This document shows positions 11,481 to 24,600 of a stretch of DNA of 64,000 nt, in pieces. The position numbers were made by a program, and so were the translations under genes. Below the pieces are notes generated by a model. The model had not been told where the DNA came from and made no database searches. It saw only the letters and a program-made list of their open reading frames with translations. Numbering within the stretch: position 1 is the first letter of the stretch; each line of letters starts with the position of its first letter. The stretch lies in contig JAAOMT010000414.1 in NCBI GenBank assembly GCA_016748015.1, forward strand, positions 90,481-154,480, given 5' to 3'. Source of the DNA: Geosiphon pyriformis uo1. Lineage: Eukaryota > Fungi > Glomeromycota.

Positions 11481-14400
11481 NNNNNNNNNNNNNNNNNNNN
11501 NNNNNNNNNNNNNNNNNNNNNNNNNNNNNNNNNNNNNNNNNNNNNNNNNNNNNNNNNNNNNNNNNNNNNNNNNNNNNNNNNNNNNNNNNNNNNNNNNNNN
11601 NNNNNNNNNNNNNNNNNNNNNNNNNNNNNNNNNNNNNNNNNNNNNNNNNNNNNNNNNNNNNNNNNNNNNNNNNNNNNNNNNNNNNNNNNNNNNNNNNNNN
11701 NNNNNNNNNNNNNNNNNNNNNNNNNNNNNNNNNNNNNNNNNNNNNNNNNNNNNNNNNNNNNNNNNNNNNNNNNNNNNNNNNNNNNNNNNNNNNNNNNNNN
11801 NNNNNNNNNNNNNNNNNNNNNNNNNNNNNNNNNNNNNNNNNNNNNNNNNNNNNNNNNNNNNNNNNNNNNNNNTTATTACTTGATTGATTCTTTCCCAATA
11901 TTAAAACTACTGTATATATACATGTTTGTAGTTCTACGAGAAAATACTTTCTTTTTGATATTTCAACCTGGTGCTTGCTGCTATCACCAGTTGGTGTTGG
12001 CTGCTATTGTGAACTGGTGCTTGCCACTATTGCGAGATGGTATTTGCTACTATGTTAATCATTACCTTTCTAAGATTATTACTGTGCTATATTATGATTG
12101 AATAGTTTGTATTATTTTTATGATTCTTTTTGCTAAATTCTTAAACCGTAACAATGCATACGCCCAATGCATTCTGTCAATCTACAAGCAGCTGTCACAA
12201 ACACCAAAGATTTTGAAGCCACTGAATTAAAAGCCAACCATCCTCAAGCCATTAATCTAGTAATAAATAAATCATCTGAATTGGATTCCAAATTGAAACA
12301 ATTTAGTAATTCCATCAATCAGAAATTAGAGGAATACTTAGCTGACAATCGTACAATTTATTAACCACCACAATGACGCAATAATTCTAGAAATGTGAAT
12401 TGCTTCCAGAATTAGTCACGTTTATTATTGTCGACCAATTAACAGTGGCAACAGGAAACGTGTGTTTACCACTATTGTGGTAAACAAGGACACCTACAAA
12501 TCAATTGCCACCATTGTTTAAATAACCAATGATCAGAAAATCAATATTGAAACCTCAATTGCCAGTTTCAAATTCTGAATAACCCACCAAACTCCGAGCC
12601 ATATCATCAGAATTACTTACCTATGACACAGCAGCCATCTTATCAACCACTAGTATATCAAATGCCAATTTATCAACTGACAACACCTGCAATTTATCAG
12701 TTGCAGCCACAACCCATTTATTAGTCGCAGCCTCAAGTAATTTATCAGTCCCAACAAATTCAAACACTGCTGTAGAACTTATCTCAAAATGGAACCCAAA
12801 GGCTGAGATTGACCCAACAAAGCTGGAGATCATCGATGGTAGTTCACTAACTGATCTCCAGTTCTTCTACACAACCAGCAGGATCTCAACAATAGAATTC
12901 GGGCACTGAGTATGCCCAAAACCCAAAAACCAGAACTATTTAAGTCTACTGGTTATCCCAGAAGATGCCCAACCCAATAATCCAGAAACCAACCAACACC
13001 CAACACTTACCAGCAATATTCTATCAGCCACTATCACCAAAACAAATCACTAGACACCATCTTCCCATTTGAACTTGAGGAACCATCGGCCACACTATTA
13101 TTTAGTAGAATCACTTTGGAAGAAAAACTAATCACTGCCATGTACACTGACATGAAAGTTAATGGCCACGCCATCAAACTAATCCTAGATAGTGGATCAG
13201 CTGGCAGTATCATCACACAACAACTCATGGACCAATTAAGTCGCCAAGTTGATCATGCTGCTAGTGTGCGCATAATCACTACTGATGGAGTGACTAAAAC
13301 TCCAATTAATAAAATCAACAACTTCTCTTTCGAAGTCAATGGCATCATTACTCCTATCAAAGTCCTAGTAATGGAAGCAACCCAATATTAAGCATTGGTA
13401 GCCAATGATTGGTTATCCAAAACTAATGTCATACTCAATTGGACCACTCAAGAATTACAACTCAGTCAAAACAGTCAACACACATATGTACCAGCCATGT
13501 ATGGCCATTTCAAGACCACTAACTCAACAACCCTACTCATCAAATTTGAAGAAAAAAAGAAAAACTTACTTGGAAAGCTTATTAAGTGTCCTAGGCCAAT
13601 AAAGATTACAACAAACTACTGCTTATACTCTCTTGGGATGACAATGGCAAAGGAAAACAGAAGGAGATCAAACTTATCTGGAATACAGACCAAATCTGGG
13701 AAATTGACAATAACCAGAATGAACTAACTTGGGAGTGAACAGATGATAATAGTAAGGGAAAAAGAAAAGAAAAAGAAAAGGAAACAACACTTACCAACAG
13801 CATATATAGTCCATATGCTTACACTTTACCACTGCTGTCTGATTATCACCAATTAAAACTGGTATGCGTTGATTGTGATAAGAAATTGTCATCAATGGAT
13901 GCATACTGTGGCAATAACAAAGAATACTTCACTGTTATCAGATTCTACTGCCACTCATGTGTCATAGAGTGTTTTGGATAACCAAAATGACAAAGAAAGT
14001 GAAATAACCAACTCTGTTTTGCATGTAGAACTATCTTATCTAACAAAGAAATGTGAAATGATATTCCTGGACATAGAAGAACATGTAATAAGACATACCA
14101 GTACACTATCTTGATAAATAACTGAGTATACAAGAGAACACTAATCAATGACACATGGAAAAGAGCATTGCAATGATTGGAAGGATATCCCCATGACAAA
14201 CATGAACTTTGGAGAATGGCATATGCAAAAGCAGAAGATGTGACAACCAACAAATTACTAGAAATAAAAAACAATCCTCTATCTCTTTCTGAACTCAAAT
14301 ACATTTAAACTTTCGATGTCTTTGGCAACATCAAGGATGACCTGGAAGAATTCCATGAATATTATCAGTGATTAGCACCCACAATAGAAGAGCAGAAGCA

Positions 14401-16990
14401 ATGTTTGGAAGAAATTAACACTTAACTATATGACCACTGTTTGATTCCATGTGACTTTCAATATTGTAATAAGTGTGACCTCATTTATAATCCACTACTA
14501 TGCATAATCTACATGATTTCAGAAGAGGAAGAACCAATCAACAGCTGTGCATCAAAATCAGAATCAACTTTCAATCCCAATTCAAACTCTGACAATAATG
14601 ATGACAAAAATACTGGTTCCAGCTCCACGCAATATGGTAACAAAAATATCAACAGTTCAAACTTCGATTCAAAATCTGAAATATACATTGTGTTTTCTGA
14701 TCTTTTTAAGAAGCAGGAACTTAAATGGTATAGTGATAACAATAAAGGTATCATGCCAGAATGCATGCATGATACCGATACAGAGTTTGATCTAAGATAT
14801 CCCAGGAAAAATCCCATTAAATTAGAACCACATTCACATATATGTATTGATCTTAAGATAGCACTAGAAATTTCAGCAACAACTATGGTCTAATTAGCAT
14901 CTAGGAGTAGTTTAGCAAAAAAAGGAATTAACATCAAAGAAGGAATAATTGATGCGGGATATGTAGGAAATATTATCGCCATGCTACAAAATGACTCAGA
15001 AAAGATCTATATTATAGAGCCAAATGAAAAGATAGCACAGGCAATATTTTTACCTCTGGTGAAAATAACTCAGTTAGTGTCAGTGGGAAACAGGAAGGAA
15101 TTAGGAATTACAGCTAAAGAGATACAGGGATTCAGATTAATGGGTAGAATAGATATATTAGTTAATATGGCAGAGAAAAAAATTGTTGACAAAAGAGAAA
15201 TTATCTCAATCCGTCAAACAATTTTCATTCTGCCATATAACCAGTATATGTTAGCTATAAAAAGAGAAGTAAAGGATCAAGCTCAATTGTTTAAAGCAGA
15301 AGCCACTATTTGTAAATCAGAGAAAATTGAACTTACTAATTTCTACATATCAGCCAAAAGCCCCAAAAACATTAAAATTCTCATCTATAACACAATTGGA
15401 AAAGTCATTGAAATACCAAAGGGAACCATCATTGGATATTTAACCACCAAAGTTGAAGATCAACCACCAAACCACATTCCAAATTTTCCACAGCTTTACA
15501 GATATGTGAACATTACATCACAAACCATCTATGGAAAAAGTGAATGTTATCTGCTCCAACCAAAACATGAGGAATCTAAATCCACTTCAACAGATGCAAC
15601 TCAAGATGTTACTCAACAATTTCAATGACATCTTTGCTAGCAAAAATGAATTTGGGTGAACCAATATCATCCAGCATTAGATCAAGACTAGAGATGCAAT
15701 GCCAATCAAGCAAAAAGCATACAGAGTACTACCAGCTAGCCATGAGATCATTTGTCAAGAAATCAATCAGATGTTTGACAACGGGCTAATTCAGCCATTA
15801 ATGAGTCTATGGTTGTTACCAGTAGTACTAATCTGGAAAAAAAATGAGAAAATCCACTTTTGTGTAGATTACTGGAAACTGAATGGAATAACTAAAGGCA
15901 ATAACTATCCAACTCCAAAGATCCAGGAATTATTCAATGCTTTTGGTGGAAATAAATGGTTCTCAACATTAAATTTAGATAGTGGATACTAGCAAGTAGC
16001 AATGAATTCAGCCAACAAAGAAAAAACAGCATTTACCACAAAAGAAAGAAATTTTGAGTTTGAAGTCATGCCATTTGGCTTGATGAATACTCCAGCAACA
16101 TTCCAACAGCTTATGGAAATTGTCTATACTGGACTACTATGAAAATCAGTAGTCGTATACTTGGATAACACCAATGTGTTCTCAAAAACATTTGATAATC
16201 ATCTGCATTATCTTCAACAAGTGTTTGAAAGATTAAGAAGAGCCAAATTGAAACTAAATGTAACAAATGTTTCTTTGAAAAAACTGAACTCAAGTTTTTG
16301 GAACATGTAGTGAGTAAAGATGGAATCAAAATAGATCCAGACAAGATTGAAGTAGTTAAGAACTTTCCAGTATCAACCAACTTGACAAAACTAAGAGCAT
16401 TTTTGGGATTCGCAAGCTACTATTGTCACTTCATCAAGGACTTTTCTAAATTAGCTCAGCTGCTTCACTATCTATAAACCAAGAATGAGAAGTATGAATA
16501 GACTGAAACTCAACAAAAAGCTTTCGATACATTAAGAAGAAAGCTTATCCAAGCTCCAGTATTGATGTATCCAGATTACAACAAACCATTTATCATTACT
16601 ACTGATGCATCAGGTCAAGCATTGAGAGCAGTACTCTCACAGAAAAGACCCGATGGAAGAGAACATCCAGTAGCTTATGTCAGTAAAAGTTTAAGTCCAG
16701 CTGAAAAGAACTATGGAACTCCAGCACTAGAACACTTAGCTATCTATTGGGCTGTCACCAAATAGAAGGAATACTTGAATCAAAAATTTGAAGTGTACAC
16801 TGACCACAAAGGATTAACTTCAATCCAGAAACAAGAATTTGCAGATGATCATTATGCCAGATGAAAAATAGAACTTTCACCATTTAATTACACAGTACAT
16901 TATAAAAAGGGAAAAGACAATAGAAATGCTGACAAACTGTCACAAATAAGACAAATCTAAAAACATTTCAACCCAAAAATATAACAAAAG

Positions 16991-18367
16991 ATAAATACAC
17001 AAAAATACTAACAACTACAACATTATATAAATACCCAATTGTTCAAGGAGAAATTATCTCAAAAGGAATAAAACAACATAAAACAACAATTAAAATATTT
17101 TATCAATCATCAAAATATACTTTACCAGAAGAACAGAAGAAATCCAAATCAACCAACCAGAGTAATCACAGAACCAGGAAAAGAAACAATATTATTCAAC
17201 ATGCATTCAGATCCAACAACAGGACATTTTTATAAAGAAGTGACCATAGAAAGAACCAGAAAAAAATATTATTGGCCATCAATGTATCCAGACATCATCC
17301 AATATGTTCAAAATTGTAATGCTTGTCAAAGAAGAGAAGAAACAAAACTAAGTGAACTATTAAGACCAACCAAAGTGGGACAACCATTCAATTGCATTAG
17401 AATTGACTTAGTCAGACCATTAACAATCACCAATAGAGGCAACAGATATATTGCAGTAGCTATAGACTATTTCACAAAATGGCCAGAAGCAAAAGCCATT
17501 CAAAGAGCAGATGCAGAATCCATTGCCAAATTTGTCCATTAAAATTTGATTTGTTGACATGGATGTCCAAAAGAACTACTATCAGATCAAAGAATCCACT
17601 TTGTGAATAGAACATTAACAGAATTAAGTCAGAGATTTGGGATAAAAAGACCATTATTATCACCATATCATCCACAAACCAATAGACTAGTTAAAAAATT
17701 CAATAGAACACTGTGTAAAGCAATCACCAAAATCAGTCAAGAAAACTAAGATGAATGAGATTTGTTTATACCATTAGTATTATTTGCTTATCGGACAATG
17801 AAGCAAGACACTATACAAACAACACCATTTGAATTAGTATATGGTAGAACAGCAACATTACCAGTTGAGATGGAAGTTACCACTTATCCAACAAAACCAA
17901 TAACTGAAGACAATTTTTAGAAAACATTGCTAAAAAGAATATATGACTTAATAGAAACATTAGAAAATAAATGGCAAAGAGCAGCTGATAACATCCAAAA
18001 GTCACAAAAAAAACAAAAAAAAAGACATAATAATTAACTACCAAACAAACCAGTTGAATTCAAAATTGGAGACAAAGTACTTCTACATCATACCAAAGCG
18101 GAAAAACAATAGAATAGAAAATTCGATCTCAAATGGGACAAACCATTTTACATAAAAAAAATTCTTGGAAATGGAGCTTATAAATTAAGATGGAACAACA
18201 AAATTTTAACCAAAGCAGCACATGGTGATCGACTGAAACTATATCACTAAATAGTATTATCATCCACCAATAACATTCCACAATTGGGAGTACAACGAAT
18301 ACTAGTTCAACCAGATGAGATTCCATGAAATCTGGGACCAATCATAATCATTAGACTAAACATGTAA
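16991..18367 (+). pseudogene. Integrase ORF of A (separate from pol)
   Basis: HSDPTTGH..CNAC zinc finger; IDL/SDQ/GLVERFN-like DDE core; KWD(G)PF (GPY/F) motif; no chromodomain; preceded by TAA at 16958 and 16982. Confidence 0.85.
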
Positions 18368-18427
18368 AATCAAACAATAAAAGAGTATATAAAGATACAG
18401 TATACATGACAAAAACAACCAAGAAAA

Positions 18428-19063
18428 ATAGAAATACCAGATCATATTCATGCCATAGCTCAACAATTATTCCAGGCCTTAAGTCAACAACTTTTAGACA
18501 TAGAAATTATCATTAACAACCAAACAATTTGCTATCAAAACACCAAAAGAAAAACAAAAAATACACCATATTAGCAGTTACCAAAGAATGATAAAAACTG
18601 GTTAGATAGCATAATAAAAAAAGTAAAAAACACTTTTGGGAAAATACCTATTATGGCACCAACAGAAAAACTTACAAAAAAGAATTAGAAGCAATGGACA
18701 AAACAACTTCCAATATTATACTGTTACTATTAATTAGGTCGAAAGTTAAATATTCAAGAGTTGTATATCAACAAATCCAAGAGAATATTTAACCAAAACA
18801 TAATACAGCAAATTGAAGAATTTATTGAGAAAAAAGTGAACTCAACACTACATGTGAGAACAATTTATTGACTGCACAACATATTTCAGAACTATCTAGA
18901 AATACTGTTATATTCTGACATGGAAACCATAACCATTAATCAATGAGGAAGAATAAACAATACACAAGTAGAAGATGTGAAGAACAGAGTTGAACAAACA
19001 ATACTAGAAAAAGAAGTATTAGAGCTAATTCAGAATGAAGATTTCAATGAAGCTCAATATTAA
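18428..19063 (+). pseudogene. ORF3 of A (unknown ~210-aa protein between IN and PPT)
   Basis: (M)EIPDHIHAIAQQLFQ...EKEVLELIQNEDFNEAQY*; homologous to ORF3 at 30634, 34958 and 60167. Confidence 0.7.
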
Positions 19064-19077
19064 AAAGGAGGAGATAA

Positions 19078-20870
19078 TGTTACTCATAAAAAGAAAACAG
19101 AGATAGAGAAAATAGGAGACCAATAAGCGAATAGTATATAATACATGAACACATTGCTCAGCAATATAGAACAATGTTAGAAAACATGGCACATTGCTCA
19201 AGAAATCATAACACATTGCTTGGAAATGTGAGCAATCTCATAGAACATCAATTATGTATATATAGTGGTAGTGTTAAAAGTAGAAAAAACAGTATTACTG
19301 GAGGTTTTTGGTCTCTTTTCTGTAATGTTGTTAATGCTTGTTTGCTGTGAATTCACGTTTTTTGGATGTGGTTGAATCTCCAGTAACTGAATTTATCTTC
19401 AAATTATCTTTTATAATTTGAACTGCTGGGCTTATAAGTGGAATGGCCAATTTCGTATCAGTTGCTTTGTGTAGTTACATTGTAGTAAATATCAACTCTT
19501 TCTCAGGAATTGCTCATCTGGAAGCTCACTAAAATGTGTAGTTACTTTGCTGTGAAAATCAAATTTTCTACAGGAATCTCATCTGTAGGCTACCCTAATG
19601 ATTATGATAAGAAAATAAAAGAAAGAAAATAAAAAAAATGTAAAAGAAATAGAATTCTGTTAAGGGAGACGTTTTCTATCCAGGCCTGAAATCACTAACA
19701 GTTTACTGAAATTAGTAGCTAATCAATTTCGAAATGTTAGTTGGGTTTTGGGGATTTTCCAAGTACAATAATTAAAGAATTTGGTTTTCAAATTATTTGA
19801 TGTTTATTTTGTTTTTGTATGTAAAGGATGATTCTAATTGTTAAATCTGAAGTAAGATACATTTTCTCAAAGAGAGAAGCTTTTTTTTTATACAACTTGT
19901 CATAACACTATTCTATGAACTTAAACTTTGCTATTTTCTATAATTTTACTGAACTAAAGATATATTTTGGCAAACTACAAGTTATTTCTGTGAACTATTA
20001 GATGTTTTAGTGAACTATCAATTATTTTGGCAAATTTCTTACAAATTTTGGCGAACTTTTGAATGTTACATAGTTTGGGATATTGCATGATTGATCATCA
20101 CAATTAGATTACATTTGTGTTATGTACAAATTGGGTTATTAATTAAATAATAATTTCAGATATTTTGCTAATGTAATAAGTGATAATTTGAAACGATAAT
20201 ATATGCTAATTAATGATAAAATTTATAAGAGTAATTTCATGCTAAACAATATCTCTAATTTCGTCTGGTAACAGCAGAATCCTTCCATTAGAATTCTTTA
20301 GTTAGAAATTTTTCATTCACAAATATTAAATAAAATAAATCATTTACCATTCAAATCCACTCTCCACTATCAACACTTCATGTTGATAGTAATTAATACT
20401 TAACTACACTAGAACAATAGCTCTTGATCACAGCTATTGATGGATCCTAACTTGTGCATTGTCTTGGCTCATTTCTTTATTTTCTTTTTTATTTTCTTTT
20501 ATTTTTCTTTTCTTGATTTATTGTTGTATACTAACTGAATAAAAATTAAAAGCACTGAAGTAATTGACATCACGGATAACCTGGTAAAAAACCCAGAAAT
20601 AAGAGTAAAATTATATATATATTAACAGATAGCTTACCAAAAGAGCACAAATGCCAGAATAAACCAGTCACCAAGCTGAAGACAGAAATTGGGAACACAA
20701 CTCACCAACCAATTATATTGTCATTGAATCTCTGTTCATTATACAAAGGACTCAACTCTAAAACTTTCAGATACAACCAACATACTAGTAACACCAGCAT
20801 TGTCAAGATACTGAGCACCAAGTTATGGAGTTGTTATTTGATTTGAGACTCCAAATAATCATCTGTAATA
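19078..20870 (+). repeat. 3' LTR of A, interrupted by solo LTR Y
   Basis: Follows the PPT aaaaaggaggagataa; alignment with the 5' LTR resumes at 20274. Confidence 0.9.
19293..20273 (-). repeat. Solo LTR family Y
   Basis: Termini tattactgga...tctggtaaca; TSD acag/gcag; ~21-nt ttttggcgaact-like repeats at ~19900-20060 then tataaaa on the minus strand. Confidence 0.8.
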
Positions 20871-21676
20871 TTAGGATAAAAAATTACTTGTTGGCATTTA
20901 CTTACTCTTTTTTTTGACTTGTATAATTGTAGTATTTGAAGATTATTAAATAAAATGTGACTAAAGAGTATATCTGATATCTAATATTAAATTCTAAGAG
21001 TGCTGACATAAAGCATAAAATTATATCAATGTGTAATCATTTGTTAACAGTATAGACTATCTCTCTACTTTTAAATTTCTTTATTATCTTTTGAAAAGTA
21101 TAGTGACTGAAATATTTTATGAGACTAATCTCACATATTGAATCCATACTTATTCAATTCACTCTTTGAAGTTGAATTTCTTTTGATTCTTTTTATCATC
21201 TTACAATCTTGTTCTCCCTTGCTATCTATTAATTTATTATTCCAATTTGTAACATTAGTATTACAATCTAGTTGTAACTTCTTATTTTCATATTCAATAG
21301 TTAACAATATGTTAAATTATTTATAAATTTACTATTTAAAGAAAAATATTTAGAATATTATAATGTAATCAAAGAGCCAAAATTCTTAAACATAATTAAA
21401 ATTAGTATTATGCACTTTTTTTTCATTAATTGCTTAATACTTGACATATGTTTTTTTATATTAGTGAAAAATTTGAAAAAAATATTATTTATTTATGAAT
21501 TTAATTAGAACTTGCAATTGATTTCGAAAATGCTATGTATTTTAATGATAATTCATGCATTTTCAAAGATGCCAAATTTTTACAAGTGAGAAGTTTATTA
21601 GGTCTTTACAAAAAAACCTGGGTTTTATTTACTTAAATTAATATGTTTTATATATTTTTTGCATTAAAATGAACTC

Positions 21677-24600
21677 TATTACTCGTAGAAAAGAATATAA
21701 GAAAAAATAATAGAAAAAACAAATAGAAAAAATAGACCAATAAAAGAATAGTATTGAGCATATGAGTATATTGCTCTTAAATTATGGCATATTGCTTAAC
21801 AATATGAATTATGGCACATTGCTTAGCAATATGAGCAATATTAATAGATTAGAACATATTGCTTAAGAAATTATAGCACATTGTTCATGAATATATAAGA
21901 TTTTATAGAACATTAATTATGTATATATAACAAAAGTATTAGAAGCAAAAAAGACAGAATCAATAAATAGAATTAATAGCTAGAACAAAACAGTTAAAAG
22001 CAATTTAAAATCCACATTTTATATTAATAAATTATTAATTATTACTTAAACTTATATTATTATCACTTAATTAAAGTATATCAATTATTTTTACTCTATT
22101 AACACTCTATGTTGATAGAATTTAATACTTAACTATACTGGACCAATAGCTTTTGATCACAGCTATTGATAGAATACTAATTCTTATTTTCTTTTATTTT
22201 CTTTGTTGTTTATTAATTTACTAATTGATTAAAAAGATTAAACACTGAGTAATTAATGTTAAAAATAGCCTGATAAAAAACCCCAAAGGAAAAGTATCAA
22301 GTTTAAGAATTTAAGAATAACTTATCAGAAGAGCATAACTGCCAGAATAAAACTGGCTATTATGTTGAAGAAAAAAATTGGATAGAATTGTAATTTTGAA
22401 AGACTATTAACACATTTATTAAATCTCTGTTCATTATACAAAGAACTCAACCAAAATTTTTAGACAACCAAAACTTTCAGATACCAAAACCTTTAAATAT
22501 TACCAACAATATAAGCTTTGAACACCAAGTTATGAGTTTGTTATTTGTTTTCATATCCCAAATAATTATCTTTAATAATTGGTACTTCTTATAAGGTATA
22601 ATTTAATAAAAAACTAGCACCAATAACAACCATCCAAAACAATAACAGAATTAAAAAAATAGAAACAAACTACTTGGAATTTACGAAATTTTTATTTTAA
22701 CATTACAAAAATTATCTTGGATTAACAGATAATAATTGGCCAACAAAATCAGTTTTTAATTGTTATATTAATAAAAGAATTGCATACTACTTAAGAGATT
22801 AAAGAGATTCAGAATCTGTTTTCAACAATTTCTTTAATGAATTACTCCAAACTATTACACTTCCACAAAACTATTTATTCATACCACAAATTACAGAAAT
22901 AAATAAGGAAATTAAAAAGTACACAAAACAAAGATTCCCTATTATTTTTGTTGACAAAAGAAAAAAAAGATTGTAAACACCAACAAAAACATCCAGGCAG
23001 ATACAACTACCCACCTGAAAGAAACCTAGAATTAAATCACTAATTAACTCATTATATTACCATACACATGGAAGTATCATCAACAAATGTGTTCACATTA
23101 AATATGAAAACACCATTAGCCAGGATCTTATTTCAGAATAAACAAAAAAAAACCAAACTACTAAGAACATATGGTAAATATTTTGAAGAATTTAATTTGC
23201 AATTAACAATACTATTAGGACTTTAATTATTATTACTACCACCAGATTTTGGAACTACCAGTTCTTGAAAAATAACAGATTCTGAGGAAAAAAAAAATAG
23301 CAATCAAGAAATTAATACTCAAAACCTGATTTCAGAAAACCTAGAAATTCAAACTTTGATTGTTCAAATCCAACCAATTCTAAGCAATCTAAATTCTGCT
23401 TTTATTGTTTCCTAAAACTTACCTCCAATAATTGTAATAAACCTACCAGTTCTCTAATTACCAAACAACAACAACAACAGTTACAACCACTACCATAATA
23501 ACAATTTTAACAGCAACCACAACCACAACAACAACAACTATTATTAGTACCAATAGTCTATACTCTAATTGTAAAACTCGAAAAATTCATTGGCAAAGAA
23601 AATAATATTCAAATATGACTTAATAATATAGAAAAGGTTATCACAGCCAATAAATGGGATAATGCCAGAGTATTATAAGCAATCTCATATTTTCTACAAG
23701 ATACTGTTGATTCATGGTATCAAAGTCTAATCCAGAAATCTCAAGACTTTAATATGTTTAAACTGGAATTTCTAAGATATTTTAATAATAATAATAATAG
23801 TATTGATTGCTTAACAAATACTTTTACAACCATCAAACAAGAAGATACTGAAACAGTTACCATTTATTTAGGATGCTTTTATAGAAATCTGCACCAAATA
23901 CAAGCAATTAATGCAAATTATTTTACAGTACCACAGATTTTAAATCAGTTCATTCACAGATTATGCAGTAGTATTTTACAATGTATATGTCTATTATATT
24001 TAAACACTCTTTAAGTTACAGTCACTCATATCAGAGACTTTAAATTGGCTGAATTAAAAGCCAATCATGCCCAAGCTGTAAATCTAATAATAAATAAATT
24101 ATCTGACTTAGACTCAAAATTGAAACAATTTAGCAACTTAATTAATTAAAAATTGGAAAAATACTTAGCTAACAATTAGGCCATTTATTAACCTCCATAA
24201 TGGCACAATAATCAAGAAAGTTCTAATCAATTTCAAAATCAGTTGTGTCTATTCTCAACAAATCAACAGTGACAGCAAGAAATATGTGTTTGCTACTATT
24301 GTAGTAAACAAAAACATTTGCAATTCAAATGTTGCAAATAGTTAAGTAATCAACAATCAGAAAATCAGTATCAAAACTCTAATCACCAATTTCAAATCCA
24401 GAATTATGTTAATAATTAATCATCCAAACAATATCAACATCAACTGTATTACACTCAAATAACACAGCCAATTTATTAACCACCTATCTATTAGCCATCA
24501 GCACTGGTAATTTATCAACCATCCCAGCCCCAAATTATTTATCAGTCCCAGCCAAATCAGAATCAGTCACAGAATTTATCTCAAAACAAAAACCAAAGAC

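Larger units (their letters stand above)
5891..12153 (-). mobile_element. Young, internally deleted LTR retrotransposon B (gag-PR-ZnF-dUTPase only; no RT/RH/IN)
   Basis: Perfect atgc TSD (5887-5890, 12154-12157); LTR segments 6952-7154 and 11951-12153 differ at 4 positions; PPT aaaggaggggataa (minus) at ~7155-7168; assembly gaps lie inside both LTRs. Confidence 0.88.
4500..16960 (+). pseudogene. Gag-pol (gag, PR, Cys-rich domain, dUTPase, RT, RNase H) of A, interrupted by B at 5891-12157
   Basis: Capsid PIAKLKKFTG, zinc knuckle ~12470, LILDSGS ~13180, dUTPase motifs ~14770-15140, RT FCVDY/MPFGL/YLD, RNase H TDAS...ALEHLA. Many TAA/TGA/TAG stops. Confidence 0.88.
3529..20870 (+). mobile_element. 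Full-length decayed Ty3/Gypsy-like LTR retrotransposon A (dUTPase-bearing), carrying nested B and solo LTR Y
   Basis: Paired LTRs 3529-4437 and 19078-20870, PBS, PPT, and domain order gag-PR-dUT-RT-RH-IN; TSD ttgg/ttag (one transition). Confidence 0.92.
3246..21254 (+). repeat. Solo LTR family X copy 1, split by element A into 3246-3528 and 20875-21254
   Basis: Joined halves align to the uninterrupted copy at 27270-27938; termini tgttat...gtaaca; flanked by identical ttag TSD (3242-3245, 21255-21258). Confidence 0.85.
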
